This document shows, piece by piece, positions 10,069 to 19,775 of a DNA stretch of 64,000 nt. Source of the DNA: Candidatus Eiseniibacteriota bacterium (lineage in GTDB: Bacteria > Eisenbacteria > RBG-16-71-46). The notes below the pieces were generated by a model, which was not told the origin of the DNA, did no database searches, and worked only from the letters and a program-made list of their open reading frames with translations. The translations under genes were made by a program, and so were the position numbers. How positions within the stretch are numbered: position 1 is the stretch's first letter; the number at the start of each line of letters is the position of its first letter. Location: assembly GCA_963717935.1 (NCBI GenBank), contig CAVQXP010000004.1, positions 992,001-1,056,000 of the forward strand, given 5' to 3'.

Positions 10069-12119
10069 AGCCGTCCCTCCGGTCCGGCCTGGCTTCGGCG
10101 GCGCTGCTGCTGCTCTGTGCCCTGGCCCCGGCAGGGCCCGCGCGGGCCCAGGACGCCGTGGACCACCGTGGCCCGGCCCAGCCGGCGGCGGTCGCCGAGG
10201 TCATGGTCGACTCGATCCGCTACTCCACCAGGATCACCAACAACAACCTGGTGGGCATCACGCTCACGAACTACGGCTTCATCGGGAACAACTTCGTCTC
10301 CCGCTCGCCCTCGTTCGAATACCCGCTGGGCTCGAACAACGAGCACCTGGTGCGGGGCGGGTGGTGGATCGGGGCCCAGGCGATCGACGACCAGGGGGCG
10401 TTCACGGGCGTGTCCACCGGAGCGGTGGACGGCTCCCAGGGCAGCTCCGCGCAGGCGGCCACCGAGTACACGCCGGCGGGCCTCGAGCTCCGGGAGCGTT
10501 CCGCCCTCGCCAACAGCCCGGCCTACGACCCGACCGCCGTCAGCGAGGAGGACGTCATCGGTTTCTTCTCCGACGAGCCGGCGCGCCAGTTCAGCCCCGA
10601 GAACCACCGCCCGCTCAACCTCCTGCTGCGCCAGGAGAACTACGACTGGTCGTTCTCGGACTACGCGCACTTCAACATCTTCCACCTGGTCATCACGAAC
10701 ACGGGGCTGCCGCTGCGGAACGTCTGGGTGGGGATCTACGGCGAGCTGGCGAGCGGGACGCGGGCCGACTACAGCGTCTGGCCGCCGAGCTCGAGCTCGA
10801 GCACCACGGGCAGCTGGTTCAGGAAGAAGTGGGTCCAGTACGACGACTCGCTGCACCTCTTCCGCGAGCACTACTGCTTCAACCTGCCCGTGCCGGACGG
10901 CTGCAACCTGAGCCACGTGCCGGAGTGGGTGGGCTACAGCGTGCTGGGCGCCAAGCAGGGCGCCGGCACGGTCTCGGTGCTCCCGGAGAAGCAGGTGACC
11001 CTGGCGGCGTGGTCCTACGACCCGGGCAGCGCGCTGCGCGACCAGGATACCGAGCGCTATGACATCATGAGTTCGGGGCTGATCCAGGACCTGGCGGAGT
11101 CCCCCGATTTCCAGCCCTTCACGGGGGATCCCGTCGAGTTGCTCGCGGTCGGGCCGTTCGAGCAGATCGACCCGGGAGACAGCATCTCGGTGGACTTCGC
11201 CTTCGTCGGCGGCGCCGAGATCGAAGACATCCAGAAGCGCGCCAGGCTGGCCCGGCGCGCCTACGACCTCAACTACGTCGTGCCCGTGCCGCCGCCCTCG
11301 CCGCGCCTGAAGCTGGTGGCGCGCGAGCAGGCGGTGGATCTCTACTGGGATGATTCGCCCGAGAACGTCCCGGACCCGACCAGTCCCGACCCGCTCGACT
11401 TCGAGGGGTACAGGCTCTACCTCGGCGAGGACCGGCTGGATCTCAGGCGCATCGCCCAGTTCGACCTGGCGACGGCACCTCACGACAGCACCGGCTTCAA
11501 CACCGGCCTCGGCGCCTGCCGGCTGGCGGACCCGGTGACCATCGACGGCGTGCCCTACCAGTACCGCTACACGGTGCGCGGGCTGCGCGACGGCTTCCGC
11601 TACTTCGCCGGGGTCACCGCCTACGACCTGGGCACCCCGGACATCGAGCCGCTCGAGAGCGGCATCTCGCAGAACAAGACCCTGGTCATCCCCGGACTGG
11701 CGCCGGGGGAGACCGTGAGCGGCGTCACGGACAAGGTCATCGTCTTCCCGAACCCCTACCGGGTCGAGGCCCGCTGGGACGTGGGGCAGAGGGTCCGCGA
11801 CCACTACCTGTGGTTCTCGAATCTTCCCGAGCGCTGCGCGCTGCGGATCTACACGCTCTCCGGGGACCTGGTCTTCGAGACCGACTTCGACGGCGGCTCG
11901 TACGCGGGGCAGGGCGCGCGTGGCGTCTACGACCCGCGCCGCGAACTGGACGTGGAGGCCCCCACGCTCTCCGGCACGAGCTACGCGTGGAACCTGATCA
12001 CCCGCGAGGGCCAGGCCGCGGCCACCGGGCTGTACCTCTACTCGATCGAGGACAAGACCGGGAAGCGGCAGCGGACCGTGGGCAAGTTCCTGATCGTGAA
12101 ATCGGACCGGGAGGAATGA
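10065..12119 (+). CDS. Secreted protein with Fn3-like domain and T9SS/FlgD-like CTD, function unknown
   Basis: Signal peptide; VDLYWD..DFEGYRLY..YFAGVTAYD (Fn3-like); VFPNPY..IYTLSGDLV..W..TGLY..KFLIVK (CTD); GTGA overlap with the upstream gene. Confidence 0.8.
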   Translation: MKPSLRSGLASAALLLLCALAPAGPARAQDAVDHRGPAQPAAVAEVMVDSIRYSTRITNNNLVGITLTNYGFIGNNFVSRSPSFEYPLGSNNEHLVRGGWWIGAQAIDDQGAFTGVSTGAVDGSQGSSAQAATEYTPAGLELRERSALANSPAYDPTAVSEEDVIGFFSDEPARQFSPENHRPLNLLLRQENYDWSFSDYAHFNIFHLVITNTGLPLRNVWVGIYGELASGTRADYSVWPPSSSSSTTGSWFRKKWVQYDDSLHLFREHYCFNLPVPDGCNLSHVPEWVGYSVLGAKQGAGTVSVLPEKQVTLAAWSYDPGSALRDQDTERYDIMSSGLIQDLAESPDFQPFTGDPVELLAVGPFEQIDPGDSISVDFAFVGGAEIEDIQKRARLARRAYDLNYVVPVPPPSPRLKLVAREQAVDLYWDDSPENVPDPTSPDPLDFEGYRLYLGEDRLDLRRIAQFDLATAPHDSTGFNTGLGACRLADPVTIDGVPYQYRYTVRGLRDGFRYFAGVTAYDLGTPDIEPLESGISQNKTLVIPGLAPGETVSGVTDKVIVFPNPYRVEARWDVGQRVRDHYLWFSNLPERCALRIYTLSGDLVFETDFDGGSYAGQGARGVYDPRRELDVEAPTLSGTSYAWNLITREGQAAATGLYLYSIEDKTGKRQRTVGKFLIVKSDREE

Positions 12120-13615
12120 TGCGGCGCCTCGTCGTTGCCATCGCTCTGCTGGGCGCCCTGGCGGCGCTGCTCGCGGGCTGCGGGCCGAAGGGCACGCTGA
12201 AGCCCAACGTGCCGCCGGTGGCCAGCATCTTCATCCAGGGGCCGGTGGACACGGTCAACCACAACGTCCACCTCTACTGGTTCGGCACCGACCCCGACGG
12301 CTACGTGACGGGCTTCGACATCCGTTTCCTCAACCCGAGCGCGCCCGCCGACACGCAGTGGTCGTTCACGACCAAGACCGACTCGCTCTTCTCGATCTAC
12401 ACGCCGGCCGGATTCGCCATGCCGGCCTTCGAGGTGCGGGCCATCGACGACGGGGGCCTCAAGTCGGCCATCGCGCGCCAGGACTTCAAGTTCAGCAACC
12501 TGCCGCCCGCGGTCACGCTCCAGGACCGTTTCGGTCTCACGGACACGACCTTCGCGTCCGCCACCCTGCGATGGACGGCGAGCGACCCGGACGGGGACGG
12601 GACGAAGCTCCGCTTCCGCATCTGGCTCGACGGGGACGAGGCGAATGCCAGCCTGGCCGCGGGCTCGAGCTTCACCGTGCCGACCGCCCAGTTCCTGCAG
12701 GGCGGGCAGTTGCTCTCGGGCTACCGCCAGGCGTTCATCCAGGCAGTGGATGACGGCGGCATGCTCAGCCCGGTCGACAGCGTTCGCTGGTACGTGCGCG
12801 CCCCGGCGACGGGGGGCCACTACCCGCATTTCGGCAGGCTGCTCATCATCGACGACGTGCCCCGGCTCTTCTCCGCGAACTTCACCACGGACACGATCTA
12901 CTACAACAGCGCCGCGCGGAACCTGCTCCCCGGGGAGTACAGCATCCTCCAGATGGACTTCACGCAGCCGTTCCGCTCGGCGAAGGACCTCGAGCAGACC
13001 TTCAAGCTCTTCGACGCGGTGGTCTGGTACATCGGCGGGACGGCCGATTTCCGCACCTACGAGACCACGCTGGCGAACTACCAGGCCGGGCTCGCGGCCT
13101 ACCTGGAGGCGGGCGGCAACGTCTACCTGGACGGACAGGACCTGATCAACGGCCTGCACGCCCGCGGTCCCCTGAGCGGGGACTTCGTCTCCCAGTACCT
13201 GGGCAGCGACTTCCTGTTCCAGTACTACAGCCCGCTGGTGCAGGACTCGACCGCGGGGTGGTCGAACGCCAATCCCTCGTTCTTCGTGAGCCGCTGGGGG
13301 GACTCCCTCCGGGTGCAGCAGCTGGCCGTGGCGACCGGGTACAGCCTGGGCGGGTTCCGGGCCTTCGGGGTGAGGGACAACCAGTTCACCCTGATCAGGG
13401 CCGCTCTGGCGCCGCTGGGGTCGCTCCTGCCCTCCGGCATCCTCCCTCCGGAGGTCCCGGTCGCGGTGTCCGTGCCCCAGCCCTCGGGGGGGCGGTTCGT
13501 CCTGGTCACGTTCCCGCTGCGGGCCGCCTCCACGCCGCCCCTGACGATGCCGCAGTACTATACCGTCCACCGGTTCATGGCCAAGGTCTTCCAGGAGTTT
13601 GGCCTCGCCCCGTAA
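12116..13615 (+). CDS. Lipoprotein with Ig/Fn3-like repeats and a C-terminal alpha/beta domain, function unknown
   Basis: Lipobox LAGC; two WxxxDPDG / AxDDGG repeats; LLIIDD; ATGA overlap with the upstream gene. Confidence 0.8.
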   Translation: MMRRLVVAIALLGALAALLAGCGPKGTLKPNVPPVASIFIQGPVDTVNHNVHLYWFGTDPDGYVTGFDIRFLNPSAPADTQWSFTTKTDSLFSIYTPAGFAMPAFEVRAIDDGGLKSAIARQDFKFSNLPPAVTLQDRFGLTDTTFASATLRWTASDPDGDGTKLRFRIWLDGDEANASLAAGSSFTVPTAQFLQGGQLLSGYRQAFIQAVDDGGMLSPVDSVRWYVRAPATGGHYPHFGRLLIIDDVPRLFSANFTTDTIYYNSAARNLLPGEYSILQMDFTQPFRSAKDLEQTFKLFDAVVWYIGGTADFRTYETTLANYQAGLAAYLEAGGNVYLDGQDLINGLHARGPLSGDFVSQYLGSDFLFQYYSPLVQDSTAGWSNANPSFFVSRWGDSLRVQQLAVATGYSLGGFRAFGVRDNQFTLIRAALAPLGSLLPSGILPPEVPVAVSVPQPSGGRFVLVTFPLRAASTPPLTMPQYYTVHRFMAKVFQEFGLAP

Positions 13616-13646
13616 GTGGTTGAGTCCTGCGGTCTAGCACCCCCGG

Positions 13647-13680
13647 ACGCCCGGGCCCGCTCGAAGCGGGCTCGGGCGTT
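13647..13680 (+). terminator. Hairpin after the envelope operon
   Basis: ACGCCCGGGCCCGC-TCGAA-GCGGGCTCGGGCGT stem with one G-U pair; weak T tail. Confidence 0.55.
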
Positions 13681-13694
13681 ACTCGTTTATCCGC

Positions 13695-13723
13695 TTGGGA
13701 CTTAGCCCCAGTCCTGCTACAGT
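13695..13723 (+). promoter_or_regulatory. Putative extended -10 sigma70 promoter
   Basis: TTGGGA-17bp-TACAGT with TGn immediately before the -10. Confidence 0.4.
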
Positions 13724-13876
13724 TACCGCGGTCTAGGTTCGTCTCGTTCCCCGCTTTCGCGGTTCCTCGGACCGCTTAAGACTCCGGCTTGGCCGCAGGG
13801 AGGTTAACGCCCGAGTTATATCCTGTCCCCCGACCTGCTCCGTTCGGACGTCCTGCTCAACAAGGGGTGTGACATC

Positions 13877-15883
13877 ATGACTAAGGCTGCAACCTGGATT
13901 CTCAGCGCACTGCTTCTCACCGCCCTCGTGGCGATGCCGGCTCTGGCGGGGCAGTATCCGCCGACCTGCGCGGACTCGATCAGCATCTGGAACATCCAGA
14001 ACCCCGCGGCGCCCTGTCATCCGGTCGACACGGACACCGTCTGGGTCGGCATCGGTGGCGTCGTCACGGCGCTCGACACCAAGACCTCGGGCGTGGGCTT
14101 CTACATGCAGCTCTCGGGCGGGGGCCCCTACACCGGCATCAACGTGTTCACCGCGAACACGATCTGGCCCGTCGCAGTGGGCGACAGCGTCATCGTCCGG
14201 CCCTCCAAGGTGACGGAGTACGGCGGCGAGACGGAGATCGCCGCGCTCGACGGCTCCTTCGGCGCCAACCTCAAGGTCTACAAGGTCCTCGGTCCGACCG
14301 CCCTCCCGCCGTTCTACGAGGGGACCACGACCGACTTCAACACCCTGGCGACCAATACCGCCCTCGAGCCGTACGAATGCGGCCTCGGCAAGGTCCTTCC
14401 GCGCGGCGGGCCGCTGCGCGTGGCCCGGGTCTACTACGCCGCGTTCTCGGTGGTGGACAGCGCGTGCACGAGCGGTATCTGCGACTCCGTGTACGTGAAC
14501 ATCACCACGCTCCCGAACCCCAGCCTCGGCGTGCCGCCGCTCAACACCACGCTCTCGTACGTCCAGGGCATCGTGAGCCAGAGTGCCGCCGGCTACGCGA
14601 TCAAGATGCGGGACGACAACGACTGGTATCCCTCGGTGAATCCGCCGGTGGTCGCGGACGCCTACGCGATCAAGGACGACAGCGTCCGCGTCGTCTTCGA
14701 CAAGCAGGTGACCCAGGCGAGCGCCGAGGACGCGAGCAACTACTCGCTGGCGACGTTCGGGGCGACCGTGAACTCGGCCACCCTCGAGCCCAACGGCTCG
14801 TGCGTGATGCTCAACATCACGAACGGTCTCGGCCACGGCGTCAAGGAGACGGTGAACGTCAGCGGCGTGGTGGCCGTGGTCAACGGCAAGGCCATGGTGG
14901 GCATCATGTCGAGGACCTTCTGGAATGGCCTCACGCCCATCGCGGACATCCAGGCGCCGGACCCCGCGAGCCTGCTGGCGGACCCCTGCCTGGATCGCTC
15001 GCTCTTCGCGGGCCTGGGCTCTGCAGCCGGCGCCGAGAAGGTCACGTACCGCGGAGTCTGCACGGCCGCCTTCCCCGGAGGCCTCTACTACGTGCAGGAC
15101 GCCTCGAGCCCGACGCGCGCCGGCCTGGCCACCTACGCGCCGATCATCCCGCTGGTCGTGGGGCGCCAGTACCTGCTGGTCGCCAACATCCAGGAGTACT
15201 ACGAGGAGACCGAGTCGCTGTACAACGTGTACGTGCGCGACGAGGGCGTGGCGACCCCGCCGACCCCGGTCGTCCAGACCGCCGCCGTGCTGCGTGACGC
15301 GACCTGCGATGCCTCCCAGTCCATCACCAACGGAGAGGACTACGAGGGCATGCTGGTCCGGATGAACTGGGTGATGTCGCTCGCCGACACCACCGTGCCC
15401 GGCTACGGCTTCGACGTGGCCGATCCTCCGTATTCCGCCTACACGGACTCGATCCACATCCGCAACGTGCAGTCCAGCGCGGGCTGGACCTACGCGGCCG
15501 TCCCGGACATGCTCCTGGACGTCACCGGCATCCTGACCTACAGCTTCGCCACGATGCAGGTGGCACCGCGCTTCGACTCCGACTTCGTGGATCACGGGGC
15601 GCTCGACGTGCCGCCGGGGACGCTCTCGAAGGTCTCCTTCTCGGCCTACCCGAACCCGGCCCGCGTCACCAAGGTGAGCTTCGCGCTTCCGAAGCAGTCC
15701 GTCGTGGACCTCTCGGTGTACGACCTGTCGGGCCGCAAGGTCGCCTCGCTTGCCAGCGGTTCCATGCCCGCGGGACAGTACACGCGTGACTGGGACGGCG
15801 GCGGCGCCGGTGCGGGCGTCTACTTCGTCCGCCTCCGGGTCGATTCGGAGACCTACAACATCCGCACCGTCAGCCTGAAGTAG
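13877..15883 (+). CDS. Secreted protein with tandem YhcR-like OB-folds, an Ig-like domain and a T9SS/FlgD-like CTD
   Basis: Signal peptide; GFYMQ..GINVF..VGDSV..VTEYGGETEI and YYVQD..IQEYYEETE..EDYEGMLV; CTD YPNP..VYDLSGRKV..WDG..GVYFVRL. Confidence 0.75.
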   Translation: MTKAATWILSALLLTALVAMPALAGQYPPTCADSISIWNIQNPAAPCHPVDTDTVWVGIGGVVTALDTKTSGVGFYMQLSGGGPYTGINVFTANTIWPVAVGDSVIVRPSKVTEYGGETEIAALDGSFGANLKVYKVLGPTALPPFYEGTTTDFNTLATNTALEPYECGLGKVLPRGGPLRVARVYYAAFSVVDSACTSGICDSVYVNITTLPNPSLGVPPLNTTLSYVQGIVSQSAAGYAIKMRDDNDWYPSVNPPVVADAYAIKDDSVRVVFDKQVTQASAEDASNYSLATFGATVNSATLEPNGSCVMLNITNGLGHGVKETVNVSGVVAVVNGKAMVGIMSRTFWNGLTPIADIQAPDPASLLADPCLDRSLFAGLGSAAGAEKVTYRGVCTAAFPGGLYYVQDASSPTRAGLATYAPIIPLVVGRQYLLVANIQEYYEETESLYNVYVRDEGVATPPTPVVQTAAVLRDATCDASQSITNGEDYEGMLVRMNWVMSLADTTVPGYGFDVADPPYSAYTDSIHIRNVQSSAGWTYAAVPDMLLDVTGILTYSFATMQVAPRFDSDFVDHGALDVPPGTLSKVSFSAYPNPARVTKVSFALPKQSVVDLSVYDLSGRKVASLASGSMPAGQYTRDWDGGGAGAGVYFVRLRVDSETYNIRTVSLK

Positions 15884-15902
15884 CGCACAGGCTTCATCCC
15901 TG

Positions 15903-15930
15903 CGGCCGGGCCTCTTCGGAGGCCCGGCCG
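15903..15930 (+). terminator. Perfect 12-bp hairpin with cUUCGg loop
   Basis: CGGCCGGGCCTC-TTCG-GAGGCCCGGCCG, 20 nt after the stop codon. Confidence 0.7.
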
Positions 15931-16004
15931 TCGGTCTTCCGGGCGGGCGGCGCCGCGCCGGCGGGGGCACGCGTCGCGGCCGGGCGGAGTCCCCGGCCGC
16001 CTGA

Positions 16005-16034
16005 TTGCGCCTGGCTTCGGGGCGCTCCTATAAT
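16005..16034 (+). promoter_or_regulatory. Sigma70 promoter of the E2-lipB operon
   Basis: TTGCGC-18bp-TATAAT. Confidence 0.6.
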
Positions 16035-16152
16035 CCGTCGCTCGTGTCGGGGTCGGCGGGCTGCGGTCCGCCGGCGCCCGTCCGTTCGCCGCTCTCCGCT
16101 GCAGGAAGACCCTGACCCCCCTGGCCCAGGCGCCCGCGCTCCCGGAGGTCCG

Positions 16153-17478
16153 ATGCCCATCTCGATCGTGGTGCCCCAACTCGGCGAGAGCGTCGCGGAG
16201 GGGACCGTCTCGAAGTGGTTGAAGCAGGTCGGCGAGCGGGTGCGCAAGGAAGAGCCGCTGGTCGAGATCCAGACCGACAAGATCAACGTCGAGCTGCCCT
16301 CGCCGGCCGAGGGGGTGCTCGAGGCGATCACGGTGCCCGAGGGCACGACCGTGCTGGTGGGCACCGTGATCGGCGTGCTGGGGAGCACGGCCGCAGACGG
16401 CGCGTCCGCCCCGGCGAGCGCGGCGTCCGTCGCCGCGGCTCCCGCGCCCGCTCCGGCCGCAGCGGCGAGTGGCGCCGGGGCGGCACCGGCGAGCGCGCCC
16501 GCCGCCTCGGAACCCGCGGGGGATTCGGCGCGCGCGGGGAACCTCTCGCCCGCGGTGCGCAGACTCATGCGCGAGCACAACGTCGCGATGTCCGAGATCG
16601 CCGCCATCCGCGGCACCGGCCTCGCCGGCCGGGTGTCGCGCGACGACCTGCTCGAGTACCTGAAGGGCCGCACCACGCCGCCCGCGGCCACGCCCGCCGG
16701 GCCGCCGCGCCCGGCCGCCACGCCGCCCGCCGCGGCCCTGCCCGGGCTCGCCCCGGCCGCGCCGGGCGGGGCGGCCGGCCCCCGCGAGGAACTCATCCCC
16801 TTCAGCAAGGTGCGCAAGCTCATCGCCGAGAACATGATCCGCGCCAAGCACACCGCCGCGCACACGCACTGCTTCGACGAGGCGGACCTGAGCGCCATCG
16901 CGGCCCTGCGCCGGGAGTGGGCGCCGAAGCTCGATGCGCAGGGCGTGCACCTCACCTACATGCCATTCTTCATCAAGGCCGCGGTGCTGGCCCTGAAGGA
17001 GTTCCCCTGGGTGAATGGCGAGGTGCGGGGCGAGACGATGGTGGTCAAGCACTACTACAACATCGGCGTCGCGGTGGGGCGCGAGGAGAAGGGGCTCATC
17101 GTCCCCAACCTCAAGGACTGCGACAGGAAGAACCTGGTGCAGCTCGCCGGCGAGGTGAACGACCTCGCGGGGCGCGCCCGCTCCGAGCGGCTCAGGCCCG
17201 ACGAGATCGCGGGGGGCACCTTCAGCATCACGAACGCCGGCGTGTACGGGGCCCTGAACTCCGCGCCCGTGATCAACGTGCCCGAGGTGGCGATCCTGGG
17301 CGTGCACAAGATCGCGGAGCGTCCCGTGGCGCGCGGCGGGCAGGTCGTGATCCGCCCCATGATGAACGTGGCGCTCGGCTTCGACCACCGCGTGGTGGAC
17401 GGCGAGCTGGCGGTGAAGTTCCTGCGCCGCGTCTGCGAGCTGCTGGAGAGGCCGGAATTGCTCTGGTTCTACGCGTGA
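16153..17478 (+). CDS. 2-oxoacid dehydrogenase E2 (dihydrolipoamide acyltransferase) with a single lipoyl domain
   Basis: Lipoyl motif QTDKINVE, E3-binding LSPAVRRL..GTGLAGRVSRDD, catalytic FDHRVVDG; substrate specificity not assignable. Confidence 0.93.
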   Translation: MPISIVVPQLGESVAEGTVSKWLKQVGERVRKEEPLVEIQTDKINVELPSPAEGVLEAITVPEGTTVLVGTVIGVLGSTAADGASAPASAASVAAAPAPAPAAAASGAGAAPASAPAASEPAGDSARAGNLSPAVRRLMREHNVAMSEIAAIRGTGLAGRVSRDDLLEYLKGRTTPPAATPAGPPRPAATPPAAALPGLAPAAPGGAAGPREELIPFSKVRKLIAENMIRAKHTAAHTHCFDEADLSAIAALRREWAPKLDAQGVHLTYMPFFIKAAVLALKEFPWVNGEVRGETMVVKHYYNIGVAVGREEKGLIVPNLKDCDRKNLVQLAGEVNDLAGRARSERLRPDEIAGGTFSITNAGVYGALNSAPVINVPEVAILGVHKIAERPVARGGQVVIRPMMNVALGFDHRVVDGELAVKFLRRVCELLERPELLWFYA

Positions 17479-18227
17479 GCGGGATCCTCTCCGTCTGCCA
17501 TCTCGGGCCCACGCCCTATCGCGAGGGGCTCGCGCTCCAGGAAGCGCTGGTGCGGCGGCGCGCGGCGGCGCGAGACGGCGGAGCGGAGGCGACGGACTGG
17601 CTGCTCTTCCCCGATCATCCGCCGGTGCTCACCGTGGGGCGGGGCGGGAGCGAGCAGAGCCTGCGCGTGAGCCGGGAGTCCCTCGCCGCGCGCGGCGTCG
17701 AGCTGTTCGAGGTCACCCGCGGCGGCGACATGACCTGGCATGGTCCGGGGCAGCTCGTGGGCTACCCCATCGTGGACCTCGAGGCCCGCGGGCGTGACCT
17801 GCACCGCTACCTGCGGGACCTCGAGGAGGTCCTGATCCTGGCGCTCGAGCGCTGGGGCGTCGCCGCCCGGCGCGTGCCCGGCCGCACCGGGGTCTGGGCG
17901 GGGGAGGAGAAGATCGCCTCGCTCGGGATCGCGGTGCGCCACTGGGTCGGCTACCATGGGTTCGCCCTCAACGTGGCGCCGGACCTGGGGTTCTTCGAAC
18001 TCATCCATCCCTGCGGGCTGCGCGGCATCCAGATGACGTCGGTCGCCGCGAGGCTCGGGGCCGCGACCCCGCCGCCGGGCGAGGCCCGCCGCGAGGTGGC
18101 CGGGCTCCTGGCCCGCCGCCTGGGCCACGAGGAGATCCGCTGGGTGCCGGCCGAAGAGGTCCGGAACCTGGCAGCCGGCATCGAAACCAGCACGCCCGCA
18201 CACACCACGGCACACCACGCCGCCTGA
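17475..18227 (+). CDS. lipB: Octanoyltransferase
   Basis: HPPVLTVGR, RGGDMTWHGPGQLVGYP, KIASLGI, HGFALN, PCG; GTGA overlap with E2. Confidence 0.93.
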   Translation: MSGILSVCHLGPTPYREGLALQEALVRRRAAARDGGAEATDWLLFPDHPPVLTVGRGGSEQSLRVSRESLAARGVELFEVTRGGDMTWHGPGQLVGYPIVDLEARGRDLHRYLRDLEEVLILALERWGVAARRVPGRTGVWAGEEKIASLGIAVRHWVGYHGFALNVAPDLGFFELIHPCGLRGIQMTSVAARLGAATPPPGEARREVAGLLARRLGHEEIRWVPAEEVRNLAAGIETSTPAHTTAHHAA

Positions 18228-18275
18228 GGCGGCTTCCCGACCACCGGGGCAAAGGACCCCCGAAAAGGAGAACGC

Positions 18276-18617
18276 ATGCTCACGATCACCGACGCCGCCA
18301 GCCGCAAGCTCACCGAGGTCATCCGCCAGCAGGGCGAGCACGGCGGCGAGGTCTACGGTCTCCGCCTGAGCGCCGCCCCCGGCTGCTGCTCGGGCGCCCA
18401 GTACGGCATGTCGCTCGCGAAGCAGGCCGAACAGGGCGACTGGGAGGCCGAGTTCGGCGGCGTGAAGGTGCTGGTGGACCCCGAGAGCGCTCCGTTCCTC
18501 AAGGGCGTGTCCATCGACTACGTCGAGACGCCCGAGGGCTCGGGCTTCACCATCAAGAACCCGAACGCCGTCGAGAATCCCGAGGGCGGCTGCGGGTCCG
18601 GCTGTTCCTGCGGTTGA
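18276..18617 (+). CDS. A-type Fe-S carrier (IscA/HesB/ErpA family)
   Basis: ITDAA, GCCSGAQY, VLVDPES..IDYVE..GFTIKNPNA..CSCG. Confidence 0.9.
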   Translation: MLTITDAASRKLTEVIRQQGEHGGEVYGLRLSAAPGCCSGAQYGMSLAKQAEQGDWEAEFGGVKVLVDPESAPFLKGVSIDYVETPEGSGFTIKNPNAVENPEGGCGSGCSCG

Positions 18618-18627
18618 GGAGACGGCG

Positions 18628-19773
18628 TTGACCACCTCCCCGGATCCCGGATCGCGCGCGCTGCCCTTCGCCGGGTTCGCCGCGCTCCCGGCGGGGGAGA
18701 TCCGCGAGCGCATCCAGGCCGCGAAGCGCAAGCTCGGGCCGCGCCTCGTCATCCTGGGACACCACTACCAGCGTGAGAGCGTGGTCGAGTTCGCCGACTT
18801 CCGCGGCGATTCCCTCAAGCTCTCGCAGCTGGCCGCGGGCCAGCAGAAGGCGGAGTTCATCGTCTTCTGCGGTGTTCACTTCATGGCCGAGTCCGCCGAC
18901 ATCCTGCGCCGCCGGGGGCAGTCCGTGCTCCTGCCCGACCTCAAGGCCGGTTGCTCGATGGCCGACATGGCCGGCGGCGAGGACGTGGAGGAGGCCTGGG
19001 AGCGGCTCGTCGCGGCGCACGGCGACACGCTGCTGCCCGTCACCTACATGAACTCGACGGCCGAGCTGAAGGCCTTCTGCGGGGCGCGCGGGGGCGTGGT
19101 CTGCACCTCGTCCAACGCCCGCGCCGTGCTCGAATGGGCCTGGGAGCGCAGGCCGCGCGTGTTCTTCTTCCCCGACCAGCACCTCGGCCGCAACACCGCC
19201 TTCGCCATGGGCGTGCCGCTCGAGCACATGACCGAATGGGACTGGCGGTTCGAGGACCTGGACCACGTCAACGCCCCCTGCTACGAGGCGGACCGGCGTC
19301 TCATCCTGTGGCGGGGTTTCTGTTCCGTGCACACGAAGTTCACGAAGCAGGAGGTGGACGAGGCGCGCGCGGCGGACCCCGGCGTGAAGGTGCTGGTCCA
19401 TCCCGAGTGCCCGTTCGACGTGGTGCGCGCCGCGGACCTGGCCGGCTCGACGGAGTTCATCATCGAGCAGGTGCGGCAGGCGCCGGCCGGCACGCACTGG
19501 GTCATCGGCACCGAGATCAACCTGGTGCGCCGGCTCGCGCTCGAGTACCCGGAGCAGCGGATCCAGTCGCTCCAGAAGAACGTCTGCCCCTGCGCCACCA
19601 TGAACCGCATCGACCCCGCGCACCTGCTGTGGACGCTCGAGAACCTGGTCGAGGGGCACCTCGTCAACGTGGTGCAGGTGCCGGAGACCGTGAAGCACTA
19701 CGCCCGGGTGGCGCTCGACCGGATGCTGAGCCTCAAGGGCCCCGGCGCGTCCGGCCCGATGGCAAGGGACTAG
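18628..19773 (+). CDS. nadA: Quinolinate synthase
   Basis: LGHHYQR, FCGVHFMAE, GCSMAD, YMNS, PDQHLGRN, HPEC, GTE; TTG start with GAGGAG RBS. Confidence 0.95.
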   Translation: MTTSPDPGSRALPFAGFAALPAGEIRERIQAAKRKLGPRLVILGHHYQRESVVEFADFRGDSLKLSQLAAGQQKAEFIVFCGVHFMAESADILRRRGQSVLLPDLKAGCSMADMAGGEDVEEAWERLVAAHGDTLLPVTYMNSTAELKAFCGARGGVVCTSSNARAVLEWAWERRPRVFFFPDQHLGRNTAFAMGVPLEHMTEWDWRFEDLDHVNAPCYEADRRLILWRGFCSVHTKFTKQEVDEARAADPGVKVLVHPECPFDVVRAADLAGSTEFIIEQVRQAPAGTHWVIGTEINLVRRLALEYPEQRIQSLQKNVCPCATMNRIDPAHLLWTLENLVEGHLVNVVQVPETVKHYARVALDRMLSLKGPGASGPMARD

Positions 19774-19775
19774 AC

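Noticed and set aside
16390..16790. Repeat-like GC tracts in E2
   Set aside because: Ordinary Ala/Pro linkers of dihydrolipoamide acyltransferases
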